DNA from: an uncultured Thermoplasmata archaeon | GTDB lineage: Archaea > Thermoplasmatota > Thermoplasmata > RBG-16-68-12 | Direction: 5' to 3' | DNA length: 64,000 bases | Assembly: GCA_963768855.1 (NCBI GenBank) | Contig: CAVYJM010000006.1 | Coordinates: 160,001-224,000, forward strand | Shown here: positions 6,939-15,217 of the stretch, piece after piece | How positions within the stretch are numbered: position 1 is the stretch's first letter | Layout: each line of letters begins with the position of its first letter | Notes under the pieces: model-generated | Database searches by the model: none | Told to the model about the DNA's origin: nothing | Seen by the model: only the letters and a program-made list of their open reading frames with translations | Program-made: the position numbers and the translations under genes

Positions 6939-9737
6939 ATCGCGGTCCGCCTCACGGCCAAGGAACGCGTCCTTCTCCACCTCTTGGACTACGTGAGGTT
7001 CCGCGAGGGGCTCGAGGTCCCCCCGGAGATGACCCAGGAGGGCGTCGCCGCCGCCGCATGGGTCGAGCTGCGCCACGTGAGTCAGTACCTCCGCCCGCTC
7101 CTCGCGGACGAGCTCGTCCGGGAACGCACGTGCCATGTGAAAGGGGTCCGCCAGCGGCGCAAGGTGTACGACCTCACGGAGGCGGGGCAGCACGCCGCGT
7201 TTCGGTTGCGAGACCGCGTGAAGGCGGAGACCGTCCGGGTCCAGGATGGAGGCGGCGTGCACGAGGAGACCGTCGGGGTCGTGCTCGAGTCCCTCCGGGA
7301 CCGAGTCCCCCTCCTCGAGCTCGCGCGGCGTTCGATGAGGGATGGGAAGATCGACCTCGAGGCCCTGCGCGCCGGACCCCCGTCGCCCTTCGTCGAGATG
7401 ATCGCGGAAGCCCCGCGGCTGGACCGGTTCGTCGGCCGAAAGGCGGAGCTCGGGGCGATCCTGGCGGACGACGCGGGCCCGAAGATCTTCGTCGTCCGGG
7501 GGGTGGCGGGTATCGGCAAGTCCAGCATCGCGGCCAAGGCCTGCGAGATGCTCCACGGCAAGCGCAACCTGTTCTGGCACACCCTGCGCGCCTGGGACAC
7601 CCGGATTTCCGTCCTTTCGGCCCTGGGCGCCTTCCTCGCGTCCGTGGGCCGGCCCGGCCTCCGGGCCGTCCTGTCCCGCGGGGACGTTGGCCAGGCCGCG
7701 GACGTCCTCCGCGACGATCTGCCCGGGACCGCGGCGTTCCTCGTGTTCGACGATGCCCACGAGGCCGGAGGCGACGTGCTCGCCCTCTTCCGGTTCCTGA
7801 AGGACGCGTTGGCCGGGACCCCGGATGCGCGGGCCCTCATCCTCACGCGGCGTGCGTTGGCCTTCTACGACCGGCGCGACGTGTCGCTCACGGGGATCGT
7901 GCGGGAGATCGACCTGGCCGGCCTGACGACCGAGGACATCGCGACGTTCCTCTCTCCGGATCTGGACGTCGCGGTGGGGAACCTGGGGCGGAGGCTCGGG
8001 GGGCACCCCCTGTTCCTCCAGCTCGTGCAGTCGTCTCCTCATGCGCCGGTCCATGAGGGCGCGCTGCGGAACATGCGCCGGTTCCTGGAAGAGGAGGTCT
8101 ACGTGGACCTCTCGGAGCCCGAGAGGAAGGCCCTGAAGACCGCGGCCCTCTACCGCGTGCCGGTCCCGTGGCAAGCGTTGCATTGTGACCCGTCGGTCAC
8201 CCACGACGTCATCCTCGCGCTGAGCAACCGATCCCTCCTTCGTTTCGTCGGGCCCGATGCCATCGAGGTACACGACACGATCCGGAGCTTCTTCGCGGAG
8301 ATCCTCACGCCCACGGAGGCGGACACCCTGGGGATTTTCGCGGCGACGGAGCTCGGCGTCCTTGCCTCGCAGGCCCACGCCTCGGGGGATCTTGTCGGGT
8401 GCATCGCGTATCTCTCGAACGCGCTGCGGCTGCCGGTCAAAGACGAGTCTCGCGCCGCGTTGTTCGAGGCGCTGGGCGACGCGAACGAGCGGATCGGGGA
8501 CTTCCCCGCCACGTTGACGGCCTACAAGGAGGCCATGCGGGTCACCGACACGCCGGACGTCCACGCCCGTCTTCATCGGAAGACCGCGGCGGCCCTCGAG
8601 GCGCGAGGGGAGGTCAAGGCGGCGACGCGGGAGCTTGAGGCGACCCGGCGCATCCTCGGAGACAACGTGACGGTCGAGCGGGGGTGGGTCGATCTCATCC
8701 AGAGCCGCGCGGCGAGTCGGATCGAGGATCCGGAGAAGGCACGCGAGGCTGCCCAATCCGCCTTGGATGTCTTTGAGACCTTCGGAGAGACCGCGGCCGT
8801 CGTGCGCACCCTGTACGAGCTCGGGTACATTGAGATGGAGTCCCACCCCGGAGATCTCCGCGCCGCGGAGCGATACTTCCAGAAAGCTCTCACGTTGGCT
8901 CAGGGGTTGGGCGATCGAGCCCTCATCGCCAAGGTCCACACGGCTCTCGCGAACCTCTACGCGGGCCGCCTCGGCGACGTCGATCAGGGGTTGACGCACA
9001 TCGCCGCGGTTGAGGCGGATTCGGAGGCCCTTCAGGACCTGCAGGTGCGGAGGTCGTTCCGCATGCTCCAAGGCTGGTTCCAGCTCGACATCCGGGCGGA
9101 CTTCCCCGCGGCGGAGCGTGCCTTCGCGGAAGCCGCGGACCTCGCGCGGAAGCTCCACTTCGCTCCCTCGCTGGCGTTCACCCAGTCCGCCTTCGCACTG
9201 AGCCATTACTACCAGGGGAAGGTCGCCGACGCGCGCCGCGAATTCGAGGAATACGGGAGGGAGATTCTCGCCCAGGGGTTCCCCGCCTACGCGGTCGAGG
9301 CGTTCCTCCTGGTGGCGGAGTGCGATCTCCGCCTCGGGGACCTCGCCGGCTTCCATCAGGTGTCGGAGGAGATTGGACGGCCCGAGCTCGCAGAGGGCCG
9401 CAGGGCCCGCCCCGTTCGCGTGAAGGTCCTCCAGGCGATTCGTTGTCTACTGGAAGACGATCTGGAAGGAGCGCGGAACGCCTTCGATGCGGCGCTGCGG
9501 CTCGCCGGATCCGGCGACATGATCGAGGAAGCGCTCCTCCTCCACACGGTCCACTTCTACTGCGGCCTGGCCCTTCGCGTGTGCGGTAAACGGGAGGAGG
9601 GAGAGCAGCATCTTCGCGAGTCCCGGGAGTTCCTGGAGCGGTATCACCTCAAGGCCCGCCTCTCGATTCTGCCCGAGGCGGAGCGCGAGCTGGCTGAGAC
9701 CCTCGCTCGCGGGATCCGGTCCGTCGGCCACGTCTAG
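6939..9737 (+). CDS. wHTH-STAND NTPase-TPR protein (MalT/AP-ATPase-like regulator)
   Basis: N-terminal wHTH (LTAKERVLLHL..TQEGVA..VSQYL..L.DELV..YDLTEAG), RFVGR.AEL, Walker A GVAGIGKS, Walker B LVFDD, GGHPL, TPRs. Start uncertain (ATC 6939 or TTG 6984). Confidence 0.85.
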   Translation: MAVRLTAKERVLLHLLDYVRFREGLEVPPEMTQEGVAAAAWVELRHVSQYLRPLLADELVRERTCHVKGVRQRRKVYDLTEAGQHAAFRLRDRVKAETVRVQDGGGVHEETVGVVLESLRDRVPLLELARRSMRDGKIDLEALRAGPPSPFVEMIAEAPRLDRFVGRKAELGAILADDAGPKIFVVRGVAGIGKSSIAAKACEMLHGKRNLFWHTLRAWDTRISVLSALGAFLASVGRPGLRAVLSRGDVGQAADVLRDDLPGTAAFLVFDDAHEAGGDVLALFRFLKDALAGTPDARALILTRRALAFYDRRDVSLTGIVREIDLAGLTTEDIATFLSPDLDVAVGNLGRRLGGHPLFLQLVQSSPHAPVHEGALRNMRRFLEEEVYVDLSEPERKALKTAALYRVPVPWQALHCDPSVTHDVILALSNRSLLRFVGPDAIEVHDTIRSFFAEILTPTEADTLGIFAATELGVLASQAHASGDLVGCIAYLSNALRLPVKDESRAALFEALGDANERIGDFPATLTAYKEAMRVTDTPDVHARLHRKTAAALEARGEVKAATRELEATRRILGDNVTVERGWVDLIQSRAASRIEDPEKAREAAQSALDVFETFGETAAVVRTLYELGYIEMESHPGDLRAAERYFQKALTLAQGLGDRALIAKVHTALANLYAGRLGDVDQGLTHIAAVEADSEALQDLQVRRSFRMLQGWFQLDIRADFPAAERAFAEAADLARKLHFAPSLAFTQSAFALSHYYQGKVADARREFEEYGREILAQGFPAYAVEAFLLVAECDLRLGDLAGFHQVSEEIGRPELAEGRRARPVRVKVLQAIRCLLEDDLEGARNAFDAALRLAGSGDMIEEALLLHTVHFYCGLALRVCGKREEGEQHLRESREFLERYHLKARLSILPEAERELAETLARGIRSVGHV

Positions 9738-9937
9738 TCGTCGGGTGGTGCTTCCGCAGGAGGCAGATCCTGCGCAACCAGCGCGGCATCCTCCGCGAGC
9801 CGTTGCTGCCAGTAGTAGATCGCTGCCAGCTTCCGTTCCGTGGAGGGTTTCTTCTCGTCCAGTTTGGCCGTGATTCCCGCATAGGCCGTCTTGATGTTCG
9901 TCCACCCTGTTGGCACCGGGACCTTGCTCTTGACCAC
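9734..9937 (-). CDS. Hypothetical protein, about 67 aa
   Basis: GGAGG before GTG at 9937; MVKSKVPVPTGWTNIKTAYAG. Confidence 0.5.
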   Translation of the reverse strand: MVKSKVPVPTGWTNIKTAYAGITAKLDEKKPSTERKLAAIYYWQQRLAEDAALVAQDLPPAEAPPDD

Positions 9938-10042
9938 GTTCCTCCCCCGACCCGCATCCGAGGGGGACGCTAAAGGGATTACGGCCCCTCGCTCCTGCGC
10001 AATCTGCGGATTCACCGCCCGTGGAGGGTCCGGAAGGCCGTG

Positions 10043-10810
10043 TCACTCGTCCATCGGCGCACCGTGAATCGGGATGATTGCGCCCTTCACGAAGCGCGCC
10101 TCCTCCGTGCAGAGCCAAGCGACGAGTTCCGCGATGTCCTGGGGGGTGCCGTGCTTCCGGTTCGTCCAGGTCGGTCCACGACGCAGCGCGTCGAGCGCCT
10201 GCTGGAACGTGAAGGTCGGGATGTAGCCCGGAGCCACAGCGTTGATCGTGACGCCATGCGGCATCTCCACCTCGGAGAGGATGCGCGTCAGCCCGTGTCG
10301 CGCGATCTTGCCGACCGTGTAGTCGTAGGGCGGTTCCATGAACTCCTCCGAACGTTCCATGCCGAGGTTCACGATGCGTCCCCATCTGCGGCGCCGCATG
10401 TCGGGGAGCGCGGCCTTGATCGTGTGGAACATGCCGTCAATCTCCGCACGCAGGACGGCCTGCCAAAAGTCATCGGCGACCTTGGTGAGATCCGGTCGTG
10501 GATCCCAGCGCCCGCCCGCGTTGTTGACGAGGATGTCCACCGGGCCGAGCTCCCGTTTCGCTTCCGCGAACAGGTCCCGCACGGCCCGGCCGTCCTGGGT
10601 GCTCGCCTCGAGCAGGATCGCGCGCACGCCGAGCGACTCGACGGCTTTCAGGAGCCGCTGGTTGCCCGCCTCCCGGGTCCGGCGGTTCGTGCCTGTGTTC
10701 AGCACGATGTCGGCGCCCTCCCGCGCGAGCGTCAGGGCCGTGCTCCGGCCCATGCCGTTCCCGGTGCTCCCTGTGACGAGGGCGACGCGGCCCTGCAGCG
10801 GCGCGGTCAT
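10043..10810 (-). CDS. SDR family oxidoreductase
   Basis: VALVTGSTGNGMG, DILVNNAGG, Y.VGK, INAVAPG. Confidence 0.9.
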   Translation of the reverse strand: MTAPLQGRVALVTGSTGNGMGRSTALTLAREGADIVLNTGTNRRTREAGNQRLLKAVESLGVRAILLEASTQDGRAVRDLFAEAKRELGPVDILVNNAGGRWDPRPDLTKVADDFWQAVLRAEIDGMFHTIKAALPDMRRRRWGRIVNLGMERSEEFMEPPYDYTVGKIARHGLTRILSEVEMPHGVTINAVAPGYIPTFTFQQALDALRRGPTWTNRKHGTPQDIAELVAWLCTEEARFVKGAIIPIHGAPMDE

Positions 10811-10876
10811 GCCGCCGCGAACGGCAGACGCCGCCATGTACCCTGCGGTCGCCCGGGGGGCCCGCTCTCGCCGGAC

Positions 10877-10895
10877 CGCCTCCGCATCGGAGGCG
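10877..10895 (-). terminator. 8-bp hairpin CGCCTCCG-CAT-CGGAGGCG downstream of microprotein B
   Basis: Perfect inverted repeat about 25 nt after the stop; no U-tract. Confidence 0.3.
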
Positions 10896-10919
10896 TGGGT
10901 GTCCGTCGCAAGTAGCGGC

Positions 10920-11126
10920 TCAGGCGGACAGCCGCAGGGTCTTGGTCGGAGAACGGCGGACCGCTTGCCAGGGTGCCGGGAGAGGGGAGGGCTTGCGTGT
11001 CGAGGGCCCAGGCTTCCCGTCCGCGCGGGGTTCCTTCACGATCAGGAAGACCCGCACGGTCTCGGGGTGGAGGGGGAGGAGTTCCGAGGCCCCCGATTCC
11101 GACACCGTGACGAACTGTAGCTTCAC
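10920..11126 (-). CDS. 68-aa microprotein B (MKLQFVTVSESGASELLPLHPETVRVFLIVKEP...)
   Basis: GTG start with GAGG RBS; paralog of 1616-1765; directly downstream of promoter copy 2. Confidence 0.6.
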   Translation of the reverse strand: MKLQFVTVSESGASELLPLHPETVRVFLIVKEPRADGKPGPSTRKPSPLPAPWQAVRRSPTKTLRLSA

Positions 11127-11155
11127 GGTCCGCCTCGGTCTCCCCCTTGGTCCCG

Positions 11156-11210
11156 ACCCTACTAAACCGTTCTTGCACGTCCATCGAACGCTACTTGAAT
11201 CTGTTGTCGT
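11156..11210 (-). promoter_or_regulatory. Conserved 55-bp promoter/operator element, copy 2
   Basis: 42/55 identity to 2226-2280; TTTAGTA TATA-like box; GTTCGATGGAC core. Confidence 0.7.
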
Positions 11211-11318
11211 TCGTCCGGGGACAAGCCGCTCCCGTGGCGGCCGTCGAGACGGATGCCCGGACCGGGCGTCCGCGGCACGCACGGGGAAAGCTTATTCCGC
11301 CTCTCCGATACCCGGCCG

Positions 11319-12083
11319 ATGGCTCGTTTCGAGGGTCAGGTCGTCCTGGTGACGGGCGGCTCCTCGGGCATCGGCTATGCGACCGCGAAAGCGTTCCTCG
11401 AGGAGGGCGCGAAGGTCGCGATCACCGGGCGGAACGTGGTCCGACTCCAGCGGGCGGAGAAGGAGCTCGGCCGCTTCGGCACGGTCCTCGCGATCCGCGG
11501 GGACGTGTCGAGGGCCGCGGACGCGAAACGCATGGTGTCGGAGACCGCGAAGAAGCTGGGCCCGCTCGATGTCCTCGTGAACAACGCGGGCATCTACCTC
11601 AACAAGCCGGTCGAGGCGTTCTCGGAACGCGAGTACGACGCGGTCATGGACATCAACATGAAGGGCGCGTTCCTCTGCACGAAGTTCGCGGTCCCCGGGA
11701 TGGTCAAGCGGAAGCGCGGCGCGATCGTGAACGTGGCCTCGGATAGCGGCCTGGTCGGCACCGCGGGCTCGTCCGTGTACTGCGCGTCGAAGGGCGCGAT
11801 GGTCCTGTTCACGAAGGCGGTCGCCCTCGACCATGCGAAGGACAACCTCCGCGTGAACGTGGTCTGCCCGGGCGAGGTCAAGACCCCGATGATGGAGAAG
11901 GACGCCGCGGAATCGGGCCGCGGCTTCGACGAGTACTACCAGCGGGTCGTCGCTCCCATCCCGATGAAGCGCGCGGCCACGGCGGAGGAGATCGCCCGCT
12001 CGATCCTGTTCCTGGCGAGCGACGAGGCCTCGTTCATGACGGGGGCCGCGCTCTCCGTGGACGGCGGTTCGACCGCGCTCTAG
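11319..12083 (+). CDS. SDR family oxidoreductase
   Basis: TGGSSGIG, NNAGI, YCASK, VNVVCPG, VDGG. Confidence 0.93.
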   Translation: MARFEGQVVLVTGGSSGIGYATAKAFLEEGAKVAITGRNVVRLQRAEKELGRFGTVLAIRGDVSRAADAKRMVSETAKKLGPLDVLVNNAGIYLNKPVEAFSEREYDAVMDINMKGAFLCTKFAVPGMVKRKRGAIVNVASDSGLVGTAGSSVYCASKGAMVLFTKAVALDHAKDNLRVNVVCPGEVKTPMMEKDAAESGRGFDEYYQRVVAPIPMKRAATAEEIARSILFLASDEASFMTGAALSVDGGSTAL

Positions 12084-12673
12084 CGGTCGGGGTCCGAGGT
12101 CGGGGCCTCCTGGGCGATCCGCCGCCGGATTGTGAATCCCGCGATGCACAGGAGGACGCCGACGATCAAGGCGGGGATGCCCAGGTACGGGTTCGCGAAC
12201 GCGAAGAAGATCGATGAGAAGCCCGCCAGGAAGATGCCGATCTGAAGGAGCCGCTCGCGTGGGCTCGCCCGGAGCACGTCGCTCTCGATTTCCTTCCAGA
12301 ACCGGAGGAGGAGCGCGATGAGGATGATGACGACCGCCGCGGCGACGAAGAAGTCGAACGTCAGCGTGGAATAGTAGTCGCCGAAGGTGAGGAACAGGCC
12401 GACCTCGTCCCCGACGAAGCCCGCGCCGAGACCGAAGACGACCGCGTAGATGCGGTTGTACCGCACGTCGTTCTCCGCGATGCCGAGCCACCCGGCGATT
12501 CCCATCATCGCGAGCCCGTACCAGAAGTGGTGGAAGTGGATCCCCTGGGCGACGATGACGATGTCCGGGAAGACGGTGTGGAAGATTCTCGCGCCGAAGA
12601 AGCCCGCGGTGAAGGCGAGCGTGGCGAGGAACGACAGTCCGTGTTTGTGCTGCGGAGGCTGCGGCGATGCCAT
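12080..12673 (-). CDS. Integral membrane protein with HFHHFWYG and GAGFVGDE motifs
   Basis: About 6 TM helices; GAGGGAG RBS before ATG at 12673. Confidence 0.75.
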   Translation of the reverse strand: MASPQPPQHKHGLSFLATLAFTAGFFGARIFHTVFPDIVIVAQGIHFHHFWYGLAMMGIAGWLGIAENDVRYNRIYAVVFGLGAGFVGDEVGLFLTFGDYYSTLTFDFFVAAAVVIILIALLLRFWKEIESDVLRASPRERLLQIGIFLAGFSSIFFAFANPYLGIPALIVGVLLCIAGFTIRRRIAQEAPTSDPDR

Positions 12674-12756
12674 CGCATTCTCCCTCATGTGCAAGAATGA
12701 GATAAGGGTGGCGCGGGCCGGACGGCGTGTGGCGCCCCGGGGTCGCAGGGCGTCCC

Positions 12757-13098
12757 TCAGAGGACCGTGGCCACCCAGGACAGGACGCCGCCCGCGATGA
12801 CGAGCATCGCGTCGAGGCCGAAGCCCAGGATGAACAGGATGACTCCTGCGGCGGTCGTCAGGAAGCCCGCGAAGGAGAGGCGGGCCCGCGGGAACAGGAG
12901 CGCCCGGCCGCCCCGGTAGATCCACCACGCGCCCAGCAGGGCGCCGAGGCCGAGGAGGATGCCGAACAGCCCGACGAGGGCCCCTGCGCCGATGGAGCCC
13001 ACGAGGACCAGCACGCCGCCGAGGAACGCCAGAAGCGCCGCGACGGTGCTGATCATCCGGCGGACGAGCCGAGCCCGGAAGAAGCCCCTGCCGAACAT
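12757..13098 (-). CDS. Small 4-TM membrane protein, unknown function
   Basis: Gly/Leu/Ala-rich hydrophobic helices; start uncertain. Confidence 0.7.
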   Translation of the reverse strand: MFGRGFFRARLVRRMISTVAALLAFLGGVLVLVGSIGAGALVGLFGILLGLGALLGAWWIYRGGRALLFPRARLSFAGFLTTAAGVILFILGFGLDAMLVIAGGVLSWVATVL

Positions 13099-13219
13099 GA
13101 TGTTTTCCGGTGCGGGATTCCTTATCCCCTTTGCCCTTTGCAGGTGTCCCTCTCCGTACACTCGTGGCCGGTTCTTGCACGGCGGTGCGCAGTCGCGCGG
13201 GCCGCGGCGCGGGATTCAC

Positions 13220-14173
13220 CTAGCGCCGGGTCGTCCGCTTCCTCGTCCGGGTGGCCGTCCTCGTGCGGGCAGGCTCGGGCATCCCCGGGAGACGGGGCAG
13301 GTAACGTTTGGGGAGGACCATCTTGCACGTGCGGTGCGGGTCGACGTCCTGGCTGATGCGCAGGTCGGCCACGAGGGACGCGAGCATGTACGCGTCCTCC
13401 CACGCCAACCCGCGACCGCGGGCCAGCAGGTCGACGGCGTCCGACGTGACGAGCCGCGCAGCCTCGTCCAGATCGGGCGCGCTCGCGAGGGCATACCAGG
13501 CGTCCCGCGTCTCCACCACGGGCCGGTGCAGGTCGAGCCCCTTCAGCAGGTCGACGCGGAGCCTCGCGACCCCATCGATCTCGATCCCCGTGACGCAGAC
13601 CTCGCCGTCCGCCATGAGAGCGTGGACGTCGCCGAGGGCGAGCATCGCCCCGGGCTGGAAGACGGGCAGGTAGACCGCGTGGCCCGCGCGGATCTCGCGG
13701 GTGTCGAGGTTGCCGCCGTGGTCGCCGGGGTAGAAGGTCGAGAGGCTCTCCCGCGCGGTCGCCACGCCAATCGTGCCGATGTGCGGCTCGATCGGGAGGC
13801 GGATCTCCTCCGAGAACCGCGCGACGTCGTTCCGGATGGGCAGGATCCGGGTCTTCCCCACGCTCACCCGGTCCCCGAGGACGCCGAGCTTGGGTTCGGT
13901 GCCCACGTAGCCCACCTTGCCGACCTTGAGGCTGAGGATGGAGACCCGCAGGACGTCTCCCGGCTGGGCGCCGGAGACCTCGATCGGACCCGTCGCCCCG
14001 TTCACGTGGTCGAGGTCGATCTTGGACAGGAGGTCCGCCTCGGAGCGGATCTGGCCGCCGCAGGAGTCCTGGCATTCGACCTCGAACGTGTCGCCCGGAT
14101 GGACGGACGCCTTGGGCTGGAGGTCCGGCGTGAAGGCGAAGATCTGGCCGTCGGAGACGCGCACGCGTTGCAT
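13220..14173 (-). CDS. Acetamidase/formamidase family protein
   Basis: TGPIEV.GA.PGDVL, PHIGTIGVA, PGDHGGNLD, GDVHALMADGEVC.TGIE. Confidence 0.92.
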   Translation of the reverse strand: MQRVRVSDGQIFAFTPDLQPKASVHPGDTFEVECQDSCGGQIRSEADLLSKIDLDHVNGATGPIEVSGAQPGDVLRVSILSLKVGKVGYVGTEPKLGVLGDRVSVGKTRILPIRNDVARFSEEIRLPIEPHIGTIGVATARESLSTFYPGDHGGNLDTREIRAGHAVYLPVFQPGAMLALGDVHALMADGEVCVTGIEIDGVARLRVDLLKGLDLHRPVVETRDAWYALASAPDLDEAARLVTSDAVDLLARGRGLAWEDAYMLASLVADLRISQDVDPHRTCKMVLPKRYLPRLPGMPEPARTRTATRTRKRTTRR

Positions 14174-14255
14174 CGCAACCCCGGCCCGGGCAGGGCCGAC
14201 CCTCTACATAACCCCGAGGCGGACAGGTTATCTGCGGTCCCCGCGATGCCCGGTC

Positions 14256-14903
14256 GTGCGGCTCACCGTCGACCCCGGACTACGCGAATCCTTCCCGGGA
14301 CTGGACGCCCATCTCGTCCAGGTGGGCGGGCTCCGCGTCCAGGAGCGGGACGGGCGTCTCGATGCGTTCGTCCCCGTGCTGGTGCGTGAGTTCCGGGCGC
14401 GCCTGAGGCTCGAGACGTTGAAGGACGAGCCGAGCCTGCGGTCGTATCGGGATTTCTACTGGCGGGTCGGGATCGACCCCACGAAGATCCGCCCCGCCTC
14501 CGAGGCGCTCCTACGCCGCGTGCTCCAGGGGAAGGAGCTCCCGCGGATCAACACCCTCGTGGATGCGTACAACCTCGCGTCGATGCAGACGCGGATCGCG
14601 ATCGCCGCGTTCGACGCGGCGAACACGCACGGGGACGTTCGGATGAGGCTGGCGCGGGAGGGCGAGTCCTTCCTGGGGATCGGCATGGACGCGCCGGTGG
14701 TCCTCAAGGGGGTCGAGGTGGTTTGCGAGGATGACGAGGGCCTCGTGGCGATCTACCCTTACCGGGACTCGCACCGCACCCGCGTGACGACCGCGACGAC
14801 GGACACGGTCTTCATGACCTGCGGCGTGCCGGGGATCGAGCGCGTCACGCTCCTCCAAGCCGCGGAGACCACGAAGGAGTTCGTCGAGCGATTCTGTCGC
14901 TGA
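14256..14903 (+). CDS. B3/B4 (PheT-like) tRNA-binding/editing domain protein
   Basis: YRDFYWRVGIDPTK.RPASEALLRR, PRINTLVDAYNLAS. Confidence 0.88.
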   Translation: MRLTVDPGLRESFPGLDAHLVQVGGLRVQERDGRLDAFVPVLVREFRARLRLETLKDEPSLRSYRDFYWRVGIDPTKIRPASEALLRRVLQGKELPRINTLVDAYNLASMQTRIAIAAFDAANTHGDVRMRLAREGESFLGIGMDAPVVLKGVEVVCEDDEGLVAIYPYRDSHRTRVTTATTDTVFMTCGVPGIERVTLLQAAETTKEFVERFCR

Positions 14904-14949
14904 TTCCGCGGGCGAAGTCCCTTATTGCGCGGGCGAATAGACGGGCCGT

Positions 14950-15174
14950 ATGGCCGGGACAGAGCGGGTGGTCTTCGCGATTCGCGGGCTCGAGTGCGCG
15001 AGCTGCGCGATCGATGTGGGCCGCGCCCTGCGCAAGGTCCCGGGGATCGTGGAGATCAACATCAACTACATGATCAACAAGGGCTACGCGGAGTTCGACC
15101 CCGAGCGGATCACCTGGGAGGCGGTCTCCAAGGCCCTGACGGACCGCGGGTACACGATCGTCAAGACGCGGTGA
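14950..15174 (+). CDS. Heavy-metal-associated (HMA) domain protein, CopZ-like
   Basis: GLECASC motif, 74 aa. Confidence 0.9.
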   Translation: MAGTERVVFAIRGLECASCAIDVGRALRKVPGIVEININYMINKGYAEFDPERITWEAVSKALTDRGYTIVKTR

Positions 15175-15217
15175 GGGCGAACCCTTAATCCCCCGGGCGG
15201 AATGGGCGGAGCGGACC

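Noticed and set aside
6840-9356. 838-aa minus-strand ORF and many other long overlapping ORFs (for example 15202-19767, 23144-25963, 40764-42626)
   Set aside because: These are antisense or off-frame shadows of motif-supported genes, expected in GC-rich DNA with few stop codons
1818-13098. Possible paralogy of the two small 4-TM proteins (1818-2192 and 12757-13098)
   Set aside because: Similarity looks compositional (Gly/Ala/Leu/Val) with no shared motif
11170-13181. 9-mer GTGCAAGAA occurring three times (about 11171, 12689, 13172)
   Set aside because: Orientation and distance to the TATA-like boxes are inconsistent
14246-14256. Out-of-frame ATG before the B3/B4 gene suggesting another frameshift
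   Set aside because: In-frame GTG at 14256 lies about 25 nt after a TATA-like box and fits a leaderless start
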